Shown here piece after piece: positions 1 to 9,258 of a DNA stretch of 64,000 nt. The DNA is from an uncultured Actinomycetota bacterium. GTDB taxonomy: Bacteria; Actinomycetota; Actinomycetes; JAHEKZ01. A model generated the notes under the pieces. The model saw nothing but the letters and a program-made list of their open reading frames with translations. It was not told the DNA's origin and did no database searches. The DNA lies in the NCBI GenBank assembly GCA_963718235.1, contig CAVQYR010000001.1:1824001-1888000 (forward strand), given 5' to 3'. The position numbers were made by a program, and so were the translations under genes. Each line of letters begins with the position of its first letter. The stretch's first letter is position 1.

Positions 1-276
1 GGCGCGGAGGGACCGATGCAGTTCCTCCCGTCCACCTTCGCCGGGTATGCCGTCGACGGTGACCGCGACGGCGACACCGACATCTGGGACCCCGCCGACG
101 CGATCTTCTCCGCGGCCCACTACCTGTGCGCCAACGGCGGGGGGCGCGGGCCTAGCGGGCTGTACAACGCCCTGTGGCACTACAACCACGCAGATTGGTA
201 CGTCCAGCTGGTGGTCAACGTGGCGGGGCAGCTGGCGCAGCGGTTCGGCGAGCCGGTCCCGGTCGCCATCTCCTGA
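1..276 (+). CDS. Lytic transglycosylase domain protein, C-terminal part (5' truncated by window)
   Basis: GAEGPMQFLPSTF...DGDRDG...DPADAIFSAAHYLC...YNH, typical of actinobacterial SLT/MltB-like proteins; frame open from base 1. Confidence 0.8.
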   Translation, partial: GAEGPMQFLPSTFAGYAVDGDRDGDTDIWDPADAIFSAAHYLCANGGGRGPSGLYNALWHYNHADWYVQLVVNVAGQLAQRFGEPVPVAIS

Positions 277-287
277 CCCGATCCTGC

Positions 288-1043
288 TCAGCGGCGAGTG
301 ACCGGCTCCCAGCCCCGACTCGGGTCACGCGACCCGGAGTCGTGGCTGCCGCGGCTGCGGTACACCAGGTAGGGGCGGGACAGGTAGCCGATCGGCGCAC
401 TGATCACGTGCACCAGCCGGGTGAACGGCCAGAGCATGAACAGCACCATGACCGCGACGACGTGCAGCTGGAAGGTGAGCGGGGCCTCCGTCATGAGCTC
501 GGCCTCCGGGTCGAGCATGAACACGCTGCGGAACCACACCGAGATCGTCTCGCGGTAGTTGAACCCGTCGGGGTACTTGCCGGGCAGGTCGAGCAGGTTG
601 ACTCCGATCGTGTTGTAGGCCCCGAGCAGCACCACCGTGGCGAGGACCAGGTACATGGCCTTGTCCATCGGCGTCGTCACGCGGAACACCCGACCGACGG
701 TGCGGCGGCGGTAGATCAGGATGCCCATGCCGACCACGACCATGACTGCGGCGATCGATCCCATCGTGACGGCGACGACGTGGTACGTCGACTCGGAGAT
801 GCCCAGGGCATCGGTCCAGCTCTCGGGAACCAGCAGCCCGACGAGGTGCCCGGCCAGGGCGAGCAGGATCCCGAAGTGGAACAACGGGCTTCCCAGGCGA
901 AGCAGACGGCTCTCGTACATCTGTGACGACCGGGTGGTCCAACCGAACTTGTCGTACTTGTAGCGCCAGTACAGCCCGACGCCGAGCACCGCGAACGTGA
1001 CGTAGGGCAGCACGATCCACAGGAAGGTGGCGAGGCTGTTCAT
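288..1043 (-). CDS. narI: Respiratory nitrate reductase gamma subunit (cytochrome b)
   Basis: WTTRSSQMYE, GSPLFHFGIL, WPFTRLVH motifs; hydrophobic; last gene of narGHJI. Confidence 0.95.
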   Translation of the reverse strand: MNSLATFLWIVLPYVTFAVLGVGLYWRYKYDKFGWTTRSSQMYESRLLRLGSPLFHFGILLALAGHLVGLLVPESWTDALGISESTYHVVAVTMGSIAAVMVVVGMGILIYRRRTVGRVFRVTTPMDKAMYLVLATVVLLGAYNTIGVNLLDLPGKYPDGFNYRETISVWFRSVFMLDPEAELMTEAPLTFQLHVVAVMVLFMLWPFTRLVHVISAPIGYLSRPYLVYRSRGSHDSGSRDPSRGWEPVTRR

Positions 1044-1669
1044 GAGCGCACTCCCAGGCCGGTGGTCTCGGGGGGACCGAAGGGTTCGAGCCCGACCTCT
1101 TCTCGTGGCGGACCCTGGACGGCGAGCACCGCGGCCGACTCCAGGTCGAGCTCGCCCGGCGGCGGAAGCGTGAGCTCGACCGCCTCGACCAGGTGCACGT
1201 AGGGCGACCCCAGGTCGGACAACGACATCCGCAGGACCGTGAGCCCTCGGCGGTGCGCGCCCAGGAGGTCCTCGGCTGCCTGTCGGTCACCGGCGACGGA
1301 GAACTCCAGGACGACCGGCAGGTAGTCAGGCAGCTCCTCGGTCTGCAGGTGCAGCCCGGCGCTTCGGTACACCTCCTTGAACCCGACCAGTGCCATCCCG
1401 CGCCGTCGGGTGTCGCCGTTGAGGTAGTAGCTGAGGTAAAGGCAGCACTTGCGCTTGAGGTCGAAGGTGGCCACGTAGTGCTGCTGGGCGGCCAGGAGCT
1501 CGGTGACCGCCAGGTAGTCGACGAAGCGCAGGATCGGGTCGGCGAAGGCCCGCGGCAGGGTACCCGCGACGGCGGTGTACGTGGGCAGCTGGTCGACCGT
1601 GGCCTGGGTCGGGTAGGGCAGCAGCACCGAGGCCAGGGTGCGCACCACATCGACGTCGTGGGTGGTCAC
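1040..1669 (-). CDS. narJ: Nitrate reductase molybdenum cofactor assembly chaperone
   Basis: YVATFD...LYLSYY.NGDTRRRGMAL...ELPDYLPVVLEF; GTG start overlaps narH stop (GTGA), GAGGGG RBS. Confidence 0.93.
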   Translation of the reverse strand: MTTHDVDVVRTLASVLLPYPTQATVDQLPTYTAVAGTLPRAFADPILRFVDYLAVTELLAAQQHYVATFDLKRKCCLYLSYYLNGDTRRRGMALVGFKEVYRSAGLHLQTEELPDYLPVVLEFSVAGDRQAAEDLLGAHRRGLTVLRMSLSDLGSPYVHLVEAVELTLPPPGELDLESAAVLAVQGPPREEVGLEPFGPPETTGLGVRS

Positions 1670-3267
1670 GACGTCCCCTCTCCGCCCCCGGCGCCGCTGG
1701 GCAACGAGTCGTGCCGGTCGGCCTCGGCCCGCTGCCGGGTGAGGTGGAACGCCTCGACCGCTGCCGGGTCGTAGCGCAGCTCGCCGACCGGCGTGGTGGA
1801 GCCCATCCCCGGCCCACCCTCGTAGTCCAGGCTGCACCCGGCGACGACCGTCTCCTCGAGCGCGCCGGCCTGCTCCTGATGCGCCACGGGTATGACGTAG
1901 CGGTCCTCGTACTTGGCGATGGCCAACAACCGGTACATGACCATCAGCTGCTCCTCGGTCAGCCCGACCGCCTCGGGGATCGAGGCGTCCCTCGGCTCAC
2001 CGAGGTTGACCGCGCGCAGGTAGCTGCGCATGGCGGCGAGCTTGCGCAGGACGCCCTCGACCACCTGGGTGTCCCCCGCGCTGAGCAGCCCGGCGAGGTA
2101 CTCCACGGGGATGCGCAGTGCCTCGATCGCCGCGAAGAGGTTGCCGGCCGACTCACCGTCGTGTCCGGTGCTCGCGACGACGTCGACGACCGGCGACAGC
2201 GGCGGGATGTACCAGACCATCGGCATGGTGCGGTACTCCGGGTGCAGAGGGAGCGCGACCTGGAACACCTTGGCGAGCTGGTAGACCGGCGAACGCTGGG
2301 CCGCGACGATCCAGTCCTCAGGGAGTCCACCCGCGCGCGCTGCCGCGAGCACCTCGGGGTCGTGCGGGTCGAGCATCAGGTCGAGCTGGGCCTGGTACAG
2401 GTCCTGCTCGTCCTCGACCGAGGCGGCCACGAGCACCGCGTCGGCGTCGTACAGGAACAGTCCGATGTAGCGCAGGCGCCCCACGCACGTCTCCGAGCAG
2501 ACCGTGGGCATGCCGACCTCGACCCGCGGGTAGCAGAACGTGCACTTCTCGGCTTTGCCGGTGCGGTGGTTGAAGTAGATCTTCTTGTACGGGCAGCCGG
2601 AGATGCACATGCGCCACCCACGGCAGCGGTCCTGGTCGACGAGCACGATCCCGTCCTCGGCACGCTTGTACATCGCGCCGGACGGGCAGGAGGCGACACA
2701 CGAGGGGTTCAGACAGTGCTCGCAGATCCGCGGCAGGTAGAACATGAAGGTCTTCTCGAACTCGAACTGCACGGTCTCGGAGACCTGCGCGAGAATGGGG
2801 TCGCCCGCGGCCGTCTCGGGTGCGCCGCCCAAGTCGTCGTCCCAGTTCGCACTCCACCGGATCTGCATGTCCTTGCCCGTGATCATGGACTTGGGCCGGG
2901 CGACCGGAACCGTGTCGGTGCTCGGTGAGCTGATCAGGTTGTCGTAGTCGTAGGTCCACGGCTCGTAGTAGTCGTCGAGGCCCGGCAGCCTCGGGTTGCT
3001 GAAGATCGTCGCGAGCTTCCGGAAGCGACCGCCCGCCTTCAGCCTCAACCGACCGCGTCGGGTACGGGTCCAGCCGCCCTGCCAACGCTCCTGGTCCTCG
3101 TACTGCCGCGGGTACCCCAGGCCGGGACGGGTCTCGACGTTGTTGAACCACACGTACTCGACGCCGCTGCGGTTGGTCCACGTCTGCTTGCACGTCACCG
3201 AGCAGGTATGGCAGCCGATGCACTTGTCGAGGTTCATCACCATGCCGAGCTGGGCCATGACCTTCAT
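1666..3267 (-). CDS. narH: Respiratory nitrate reductase beta subunit
   Basis: MKVMAQLGMVMNLDKCIGCHTCSVTCK; CEHCLNPSCVASCP; CRGWRMC; KCTFCYPR; start overlaps narG stop (TGATG). Confidence 0.97.
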   Translation of the reverse strand: MKVMAQLGMVMNLDKCIGCHTCSVTCKQTWTNRSGVEYVWFNNVETRPGLGYPRQYEDQERWQGGWTRTRRGRLRLKAGGRFRKLATIFSNPRLPGLDDYYEPWTYDYDNLISSPSTDTVPVARPKSMITGKDMQIRWSANWDDDLGGAPETAAGDPILAQVSETVQFEFEKTFMFYLPRICEHCLNPSCVASCPSGAMYKRAEDGIVLVDQDRCRGWRMCISGCPYKKIYFNHRTGKAEKCTFCYPRVEVGMPTVCSETCVGRLRYIGLFLYDADAVLVAASVEDEQDLYQAQLDLMLDPHDPEVLAAARAGGLPEDWIVAAQRSPVYQLAKVFQVALPLHPEYRTMPMVWYIPPLSPVVDVVASTGHDGESAGNLFAAIEALRIPVEYLAGLLSAGDTQVVEGVLRKLAAMRSYLRAVNLGEPRDASIPEAVGLTEEQLMVMYRLLAIAKYEDRYVIPVAHQEQAGALEETVVAGCSLDYEGGPGMGSTTPVGELRYDPAAVEAFHLTRQRAEADRHDSLPSGAGGGEGTS

Positions 3268-6200
3268 CAGTACTGGACCTCCTGGCTGCGGCGACGGATG
3301 ACGGTGACCTCGTCGCGCTGGTTCCCGGTCGGCCCGTAGTAGTTGAAGCCGTACGAGAGCTGGGCGTACCCGCCGACGAGGTGGGTGGGCTTGAGGATCA
3401 ACCGGGTCAGGGAGTTGTGGATCCCGCCGCGCTTGCCCGTGTGCTCCACCCGCGGGACGTCGACCGTGCGGTCCTTGGCGTGGTACATGTACACGGTGCC
3501 CTCGGGCATCCGGTGGGTCACCACGGCCCGTGCGACGACGATCCCGTTGCGGTTGACCGCCTCGATCCAGTCGTTGTCCCTGACGCCGATCTTGGCGGCG
3601 TCCTCCTTGCTCATCCACAGGTCCGGTCCGCCGCGGGACAGGGCGAGCATGAACAGGTTGTCCTGGTACTCGGAGTGGATGGACCACTTGGAGTGCGGCG
3701 TCAGGTAGCGGACGGCGACGCCCGTGCTGTCCACGTCCCCGATCCTCGGGTAGTCGGCCAGCACATGCAGGTTCAACGGTGGCCGGTAGGTCGGAAGGCA
3801 CTCCCCGACCTCGGCGATCCACTCGTGGTCCAGGAAGAAGTGCTGGCGGCCGGTGAGGGTGTGCCACGGCTTGAGCCGCTCGACGTTGATCACGAAGGGT
3901 GAGTAGCGCCGCCCGCCGTGCTCACTGCCGGACCACTCCCAGGAGGTGATCACCGGCTGGGGCCGCGACTGGGTGTCGGCGAACGTGATGTGCTTGCCCT
4001 CGTTGTCCTCGGCCAGGTCGGCCAGGGTCTGCCCCGTGCGCTTCTCCAGCTCGCGGAACCCGGCGACGGCGATCGCACCGTTGGAGACTCCGGAGAGGGT
4101 GAGGATCGCCTCGCACGCCTGCTCGGCCGTGCGCAGCTGCGGGCGACCGTCGGCAACACCTCCGGCGACCACACCGTTGACCCGGCGCAGATGGTCGACC
4201 GAGCCCTGCTGCTTCAGGGTGATGCCCTTCACCGTCGTCCCGAGCTTCTCGACGTTGGGCCCCAGCGCGCTCATCTTCGCGGCGATGTCCGCGTAGTCGC
4301 GTTCCACCACCATCAACCCGGGCATCGTCTTGCCGGGGATCGGTTCGACCTCGCCGGTGCGCCAGTCCCGCACCCGACCCCCGGGCTGCGCCGTCTCGCC
4401 CGGGGTGTCGTGCTGCAGGGGCATGGCCACGACGTCCGTGCGGACGCCGAGGTGCTTGGCGGCCAGCGCGCTGAACACCACGGCCATCTGCTGGAAGGCG
4501 TCGTAGTCGCTGCGCGTCTGCCAAGGTGGTGCGATCGCTGCGTTGAAGGCGTGCACGTACGGGTGCATGTCGGTGCTCGACAGGTCGTACTTCTCGTACC
4601 AGGTCGCCGCAGGCAGCAAGACGTCGGAGAAGAGTCCGGTGCTGGTCATCCGGAAGTCCATCGACACCAGCAGGTCGACCTTGCCGACCGGTGCCTGGTC
4701 GCGCCAGACCACGTCGTGCGGCCGAAGCTCGGGCGGTGTCTCCACGGTGTTCGCCACCGCGCCGTCGGCGCCGAGCAGGTGGTGCAGGAAGTACTCGTTG
4801 CCCTTGCCGGACGATCCGAGCAGGTTCGCCCGCCAGATCGTGAGCACCCGGGGGAAGTTGACCGGGTTGTCCGGGTCCTCACAGGCGAAGCGCAGCTCGC
4901 CGGTCTTCAGCTGGTCGACGACATGCTCCGCCGGGGTGCGACCGGCGGCAGCGGCGGCGTCGGCGAGGTCGAGGGGGTTGGCGTCGAACGTGGGGTACGA
5001 CGGGGTCCACCCGAGCCGGACGGCCTGGGCCAGCGTGTCGGCCATGGCCCGGCCCTCGAAAAGGCCGGACCCGGTCTTCGCCGACACCTGGTCGGCGCGG
5101 AAGGCGTCGTAGCGCCACTGGTCGGTGGCCAGGTACCAGAACGCCGTCCCGGCCATCTGCCGAGGGGGGCGGTTCCAGTCGAGCCCGAAGGCCAGCTGGG
5201 CCCAGCCGGTGAACGGCCGTACCTTCTCCTGGCCGACGTAGTGCGCCCAGCCACCACCGTTGCGGCCCTGGCAGCCGGTGAGCACGACGAGCGCGATGAT
5301 CGCCCGGTAGATCGTGTCGGAGTGGTACCAGTGGTTGGTGCCCGCGCCCAGCGCGATCATCGACCGACCGTTGGACCGCTCCGCGTTGTCGGCGAACTCC
5401 CGGGCGATCCGGGCGACCGCGGCGGCCGGGACCGAGGTGATCTCCTCCTGCCAGGCCGGGGTGTAGGGCGACTCGGCGTCGTCGTAGTCGCGAGCCCACT
5501 GCCCGGGAAGCCCGGGGCGCCCCACGCCGTACTGGGCGAGCATCAGGTCGAAGACGGTCGTGACGAGGTGGTCCCCGAGCCGCCGGACCGGGACGCCGCG
5601 TCGGATCACCGAACCGCACTCGTCGCGGCCCTCGCCGACGTCGAAGCGGGGCAGGTCGACGGCCACGGAGTCGCACTCGGGACCGTGCAGCGTCAACAGC
5701 GGGTCGACGTCGTCCAGGTCGAGGTTCCAGCGGCCCATTCCCGACTCTGTGTGCCGGAACCCCAGCGAGCCGTTCGGGACGACCGGCTCGCCCGTCCCCG
5801 AGTCGAGGACTGCGGTCTTCCACGCCGCCCCCTCGTCGGCGTCGCCCAGCAGCTCGGCCGTGACGAAGTGGTCGGGGACGTAGGCGTCACCGCGCTGCTT
5901 GAGGGTCACCAGGTACGGCAGGTCGCTGAACTGCTTGACGTAGGCGGTGAACATCGGAGTGTCCCGGTCGACGAAGAACTCCTTGAGCACGACGTGCCCC
6001 ATCGCCATGGCGAGCGCGCCGTCGGTGCCCGGGTGAGTGGCCAGCCACTCATCGGCGAACTTGGTGTTGTCGGCGTAGTCGGGGCTGACCGTCACCACCT
6101 TCTGCCCCTTGTAACGAGCCTCCGTCATGAAGTGGGCGTCCGGGGTTCGCGTCGTCGGGATGTTGGAGCCCCACATGATCAGGTAGCTCGCGTTCCACCA

Positions 6201-6971
6201 GTCGGCCGACTCGGGCACGTCGGTCTGGTCACCCCAGATCTGCGGCGAGGCGATCGGCAGGTCGCAGTACCAGTCGTAGAACGACAGCATCGTCCCGCCG
6301 ATCAGCGACGTGTAGCGCGCGCCGGCGGCGTGCGAGGCCATCGACATCGCAGGGATCGGGGAGAAGCCGGCGACCCGGTCCGGGCCGTACTTCTTGATCG
6401 TGTACACCTGCGCGGCGGCGGTGATCTCCAGTGCCTCTTCCCAGGAGGTGCGGACGAGCCCTCCCTTCCCGCGCTGGGCCTTGTAGCTCGTGGCGGCCGC
6501 GGGGTCCTCGACGATGCTGGCCCAGGCCTCGACCGGGTCACCGCCCGACGTCTCCTTGGCCGCGCGGTACAGCTCGAGCAGGAGGCCGCGGGCGTACGGG
6601 TAGCGGATCCGGGTCGGTGAGTAGGTGTACCAGGAGAAGGCGGCACCCCGTGGGCAGCCGCGAGGTTCGTACTCCGGCGAGTCCGCCCCCACCGACGGGT
6701 AGTCCGTCTGCTGGGTCTCCCAGGTGATGATGCCGTCCTTGACGTACACCTTCCAGGAGCACGAGCCGGTGCAGTTGACGCCGTGCGTCGAGCGCACGAC
6801 CCGGTCGTGGGACCAACGGTCGCGGTAGAAGACATCGCCCTCCCGGCCACCGGTCAGGTACAGCGACCGCTTGTCGTCGGACACGTCGGTCTTTCCGAAG
6901 AACGAGCGGGTCGCGATCAGGGCGTCGACCAGTCGGTCGTCGGCGGTGCGGGCTCGTGACTCAGCGGGCAT
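3267..6971 (-). CDS. narG: Respiratory nitrate reductase alpha subunit
   Basis: RSTHGVNCTGSCSW FS0 motif, PRGCPRG, GDQTDVPES, YGPTGNQRD C-terminus; ATG at 6971 chosen over the longer ORF start. Confidence 0.97.
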   Translation of the reverse strand: MPAESRARTADDRLVDALIATRSFFGKTDVSDDKRSLYLTGGREGDVFYRDRWSHDRVVRSTHGVNCTGSCSWKVYVKDGIITWETQQTDYPSVGADSPEYEPRGCPRGAAFSWYTYSPTRIRYPYARGLLLELYRAAKETSGGDPVEAWASIVEDPAAATSYKAQRGKGGLVRTSWEEALEITAAAQVYTIKKYGPDRVAGFSPIPAMSMASHAAGARYTSLIGGTMLSFYDWYCDLPIASPQIWGDQTDVPESADWWNASYLIMWGSNIPTTRTPDAHFMTEARYKGQKVVTVSPDYADNTKFADEWLATHPGTDGALAMAMGHVVLKEFFVDRDTPMFTAYVKQFSDLPYLVTLKQRGDAYVPDHFVTAELLGDADEGAAWKTAVLDSGTGEPVVPNGSLGFRHTESGMGRWNLDLDDVDPLLTLHGPECDSVAVDLPRFDVGEGRDECGSVIRRGVPVRRLGDHLVTTVFDLMLAQYGVGRPGLPGQWARDYDDAESPYTPAWQEEITSVPAAAVARIAREFADNAERSNGRSMIALGAGTNHWYHSDTIYRAIIALVVLTGCQGRNGGGWAHYVGQEKVRPFTGWAQLAFGLDWNRPPRQMAGTAFWYLATDQWRYDAFRADQVSAKTGSGLFEGRAMADTLAQAVRLGWTPSYPTFDANPLDLADAAAAAGRTPAEHVVDQLKTGELRFACEDPDNPVNFPRVLTIWRANLLGSSGKGNEYFLHHLLGADGAVANTVETPPELRPHDVVWRDQAPVGKVDLLVSMDFRMTSTGLFSDVLLPAATWYEKYDLSSTDMHPYVHAFNAAIAPPWQTRSDYDAFQQMAVVFSALAAKHLGVRTDVVAMPLQHDTPGETAQPGGRVRDWRTGEVEPIPGKTMPGLMVVERDYADIAAKMSALGPNVEKLGTTVKGITLKQQGSVDHLRRVNGVVAGGVADGRPQLRTAEQACEAILTLSGVSNGAIAVAGFRELEKRTGQTLADLAEDNEGKHITFADTQSRPQPVITSWEWSGSEHGGRRYSPFVINVERLKPWHTLTGRQHFFLDHEWIAEVGECLPTYRPPLNLHVLADYPRIGDVDSTGVAVRYLTPHSKWSIHSEYQDNLFMLALSRGGPDLWMSKEDAAKIGVRDNDWIEAVNRNGIVVARAVVTHRMPEGTVYMYHAKDRTVDVPRVEHTGKRGGIHNSLTRLILKPTHLVGGYAQLSYGFNYYGPTGNQRDEVTVIRRRSQEVQY

Positions 6972-7665
6972 CAGGGTTCGCCTCCGGAGTGGGCGTCGGG
7001 CTGGGTGTCTCTTGGCCCTGGCGCAGATGGGCGACGCACAGGTCGGGCCGCACGAAGACGTCGAGCCGGTCGAGCTCGACCCGCCCGCCCAGCTCCTCGA
7101 AGAGCCCGGACAGCAGGCCGGCATGCACCTGGCACACCGAGGGGTTCTCGCGCGCGAGCTCACCGAACGGGCAGCTGGTCAGGTAGAGGCGGTCCCCCAG
7201 CGGTTCGGTCTGGGTCCCGAACCCGAGCTGCTCGAGCCCGCGAGCGGCCAGCTCGGTGGCCGTGCGCACGTCAGCCACGGTGTCCTCGCCCAGGTGAGCG
7301 GTGGCCCGCAGTCGACGGCCCCAGTGCCGCCCGGCCGAGTGCGCCGCCCCACGCCCCTCGGTGTGCGCGATGCCGTTGGCCAGCTCACCGGCGAGCTGCT
7401 TGTAGGGGTCATCGGTCCCGACCGTGTGCCGGGCGCTGTAGAGCACCCGGGGACGTCCGGGCGCGCTGCGCGACTCGACCGTCCGGTCGATCTGCTCGAG
7501 GTCGACCAGCAGCTGGAGGTGCCCGCGCAGGGTGTTCGGGTGCAGCCCTGTCGTGGCGGCGAGCTCGGCGACGTCGAGCGGGTGGTCGGCGCCCTCGATC
7601 AGCGCAAGGACCCGACGGCGGGTGGACGCCCGGCCGTCGTCGGTTCGCTCCGCAGCCACCTGCAT
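6961..7665 (-). CDS. HTH transcriptional regulator with Cys-rich C-terminal domain (SufR/ArnR-like)
   Basis: N-terminal wHTH (DVAELAATTGLHPNTLRGHL...GRPRVLY), C-terminal CPF-x10-C...C; overlaps narG start. Confidence 0.8.
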   Translation of the reverse strand: MQVAAERTDDGRASTRRRVLALIEGADHPLDVAELAATTGLHPNTLRGHLQLLVDLEQIDRTVESRSAPGRPRVLYSARHTVGTDDPYKQLAGELANGIAHTEGRGAAHSAGRHWGRRLRATAHLGEDTVADVRTATELAARGLEQLGFGTQTEPLGDRLYLTSCPFGELARENPSVCQVHAGLLSGLFEELGGRVELDRLDVFVRPDLCVAHLRQGQETPSPTPTPEANPDAR

Positions 7666-7744
7666 GGCGTCAGCCCTCTCGGTCGGTCGTGCTCGTAGAA
7701 ACGGGAACGCTGTCCATGCTGCGCGCTCAGGAGGGCGTGCTGCA

Positions 7745-7780
7745 CCCACCTTGGCCCCCAAGCCCCAGGACCAAGGTCCC
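7745..7780. promoter_or_regulatory. Tandem DosR/DevR(OsdR)-type boxes
   Basis: AGGACCAAGGTCCC (7767-7780) near-matches GGGAC-N4-GTCCC; weaker CCCACCTTGGCCCC (7745-7758) 22 bp away; lies in the divergent nar/narK gap. Confidence 0.6.
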
Positions 7781-7875
7781 GGCGGAACGCCAAGCTGACC
7801 CGGGTCCATCTCACCTGCCCGCCCGTCCCCTCGCTACGTACCGTGCGAGACGACCTACGCGACGCAGGAGGATCG

Positions 7876-9258
7876 ATGACCACGACGACACCGACGACTC
7901 CCGTCGCCGTTTCAACGGAACCGGCGCCTGCCCGGGGCCGCTACCGGGTGCTGGTCTGGTCCACGCTCGGCTTCACCCTGATGTTCGCGGTGTGGCTGCA
8001 GTTCGGGATCCTGGGCCTGCCCATCCAGCAGGAGTTCGGCTTCTCCGACACCGCCTTCTACTGGCTGACCGCCCTGCCGGTGCTCAATGGCGCGATCTGG
8101 CGGCTTCCGGCCGGACTGATCGCCGACCGGGTCGGGGGCAAGGTCGTCTTCACGGTGATGCTGCTCATGACCGCCGTGCCGACCCTGCTGCTCCCCCACA
8201 CCACCAGCCTGGTTGTGCTGTTCTTCCTTGCCTTCCTGATCGGGTTCGCCGGCAACTCCTTCTCGGTGGGCATCTCGTGGAACTCCGCGTGGTTCCCACG
8301 CAGCCAGCAGGGCTTCGCCCTTGGCGTGTTCGGCGCAGGCAACGTCGGTGCGTCGGCCACGAAGCTGATCGCTCCGGCCCTGATCGCCGCCACCGCCGGA
8401 ACGGTCTACCTGGGCGGACGGGTCGAGGGGGGCTGGCGCCTGATCCCCGTGCTCTACGCCGTACTCCTGGTTCTGATGGCCGCCGCGATGTGGTTCCTGA
8501 CCCCGCGTCACGACCGGAAGCCGGGGGCCCACGTGCCTCTGGCCGAACAGCTCAGGCCGCTGCGGCAGACTCGGGTCTGGCGGTTCAGCGTGTACTACGT
8601 AGTCGTCTTCGGGGCGTATGTCGCGCTCGCCTCGGCGCTGCCGAAGTTCTACGAGAACCAGTACGGCCTTGAGCTGTGGTCGGCGGCGCTCCTCACGGCC
8701 CTGTTCATCTTCCCGGCCTCGTTGTTCCGCCCGTTCGGCGGCTGGATGTCCGACCGGATCGGTGCCCGCAGGGTCATGTACGGCACTTTCGCGGTCATGC
8801 TCGTGACGAGCGGCATCCTGATGATGCCCACCGGCTACATCACCGTCGACGTGCTCGCCAGCAAGTCCCCCGACGGAACGGCCGAGATCCTTCCGTGGTC
8901 GCTGGGGCTCTGGCCGTTCACCGCGATCCTGTTCGTCCTCGGATGCGCCATGGGCATCGGCAAGGCCGCGGTCTACAAGCACATCCCCGAGTACTTCCCG
9001 AACGACGTCGGTGCAGTCGGTGGTCTCGTCGGCATGCTCGGCGCCCTCGGTGGCTTCTTCCTCCTTCCCGCCTTCGGCTACGCGATCAGGTTCACCGGGC
9101 TCCCGACCGCGTTGTTCGGAGTGCTCTTCCTGCTCACCCTGATCTCGGCGGTGTGGATGCACATCACCGTCGTGCGCATGCTCCACGCCCGCTCACCCGA
9201 GCTGGCCAACCAGTTCGAAGACCCTGACCATCGCACCCACGTGGGAGAGAGCTCATGA
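7876..9258 (+). CDS. narK: MFS nitrate/nitrite transporter (NarK1-like)
   Basis: AGGAGG RBS; GFAGNSFSVG and GFALGVFGAGNVG nitrate-signature motifs; multi-TM. Confidence 0.9.
   Translation: MTTTTPTTPVAVSTEPAPARGRYRVLVWSTLGFTLMFAVWLQFGILGLPIQQEFGFSDTAFYWLTALPVLNGAIWRLPAGLIADRVGGKVVFTVMLLMTAVPTLLLPHTTSLVVLFFLAFLIGFAGNSFSVGISWNSAWFPRSQQGFALGVFGAGNVGASATKLIAPALIAATAGTVYLGGRVEGGWRLIPVLYAVLLVLMAAAMWFLTPRHDRKPGAHVPLAEQLRPLRQTRVWRFSVYYVVVFGAYVALASALPKFYENQYGLELWSAALLTALFIFPASLFRPFGGWMSDRIGARRVMYGTFAVMLVTSGILMMPTGYITVDVLASKSPDGTAEILPWSLGLWPFTAILFVLGCAMGIGKAAVYKHIPEYFPNDVGAVGGLVGMLGALGGFFLLPAFGYAIRFTGLPTALFGVLFLLTLISAVWMHITVVRMLHARSPELANQFEDPDHRTHVGESS

Noticed and set aside
3918-6620. 900-aa plus-strand ORF (and similar long ORFs at 32568-34748, 41388-43580, 53411-55588)
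   Set aside because: Antisense shadows of well-conserved genes, expected from high-GC codon bias; no recognisable motifs
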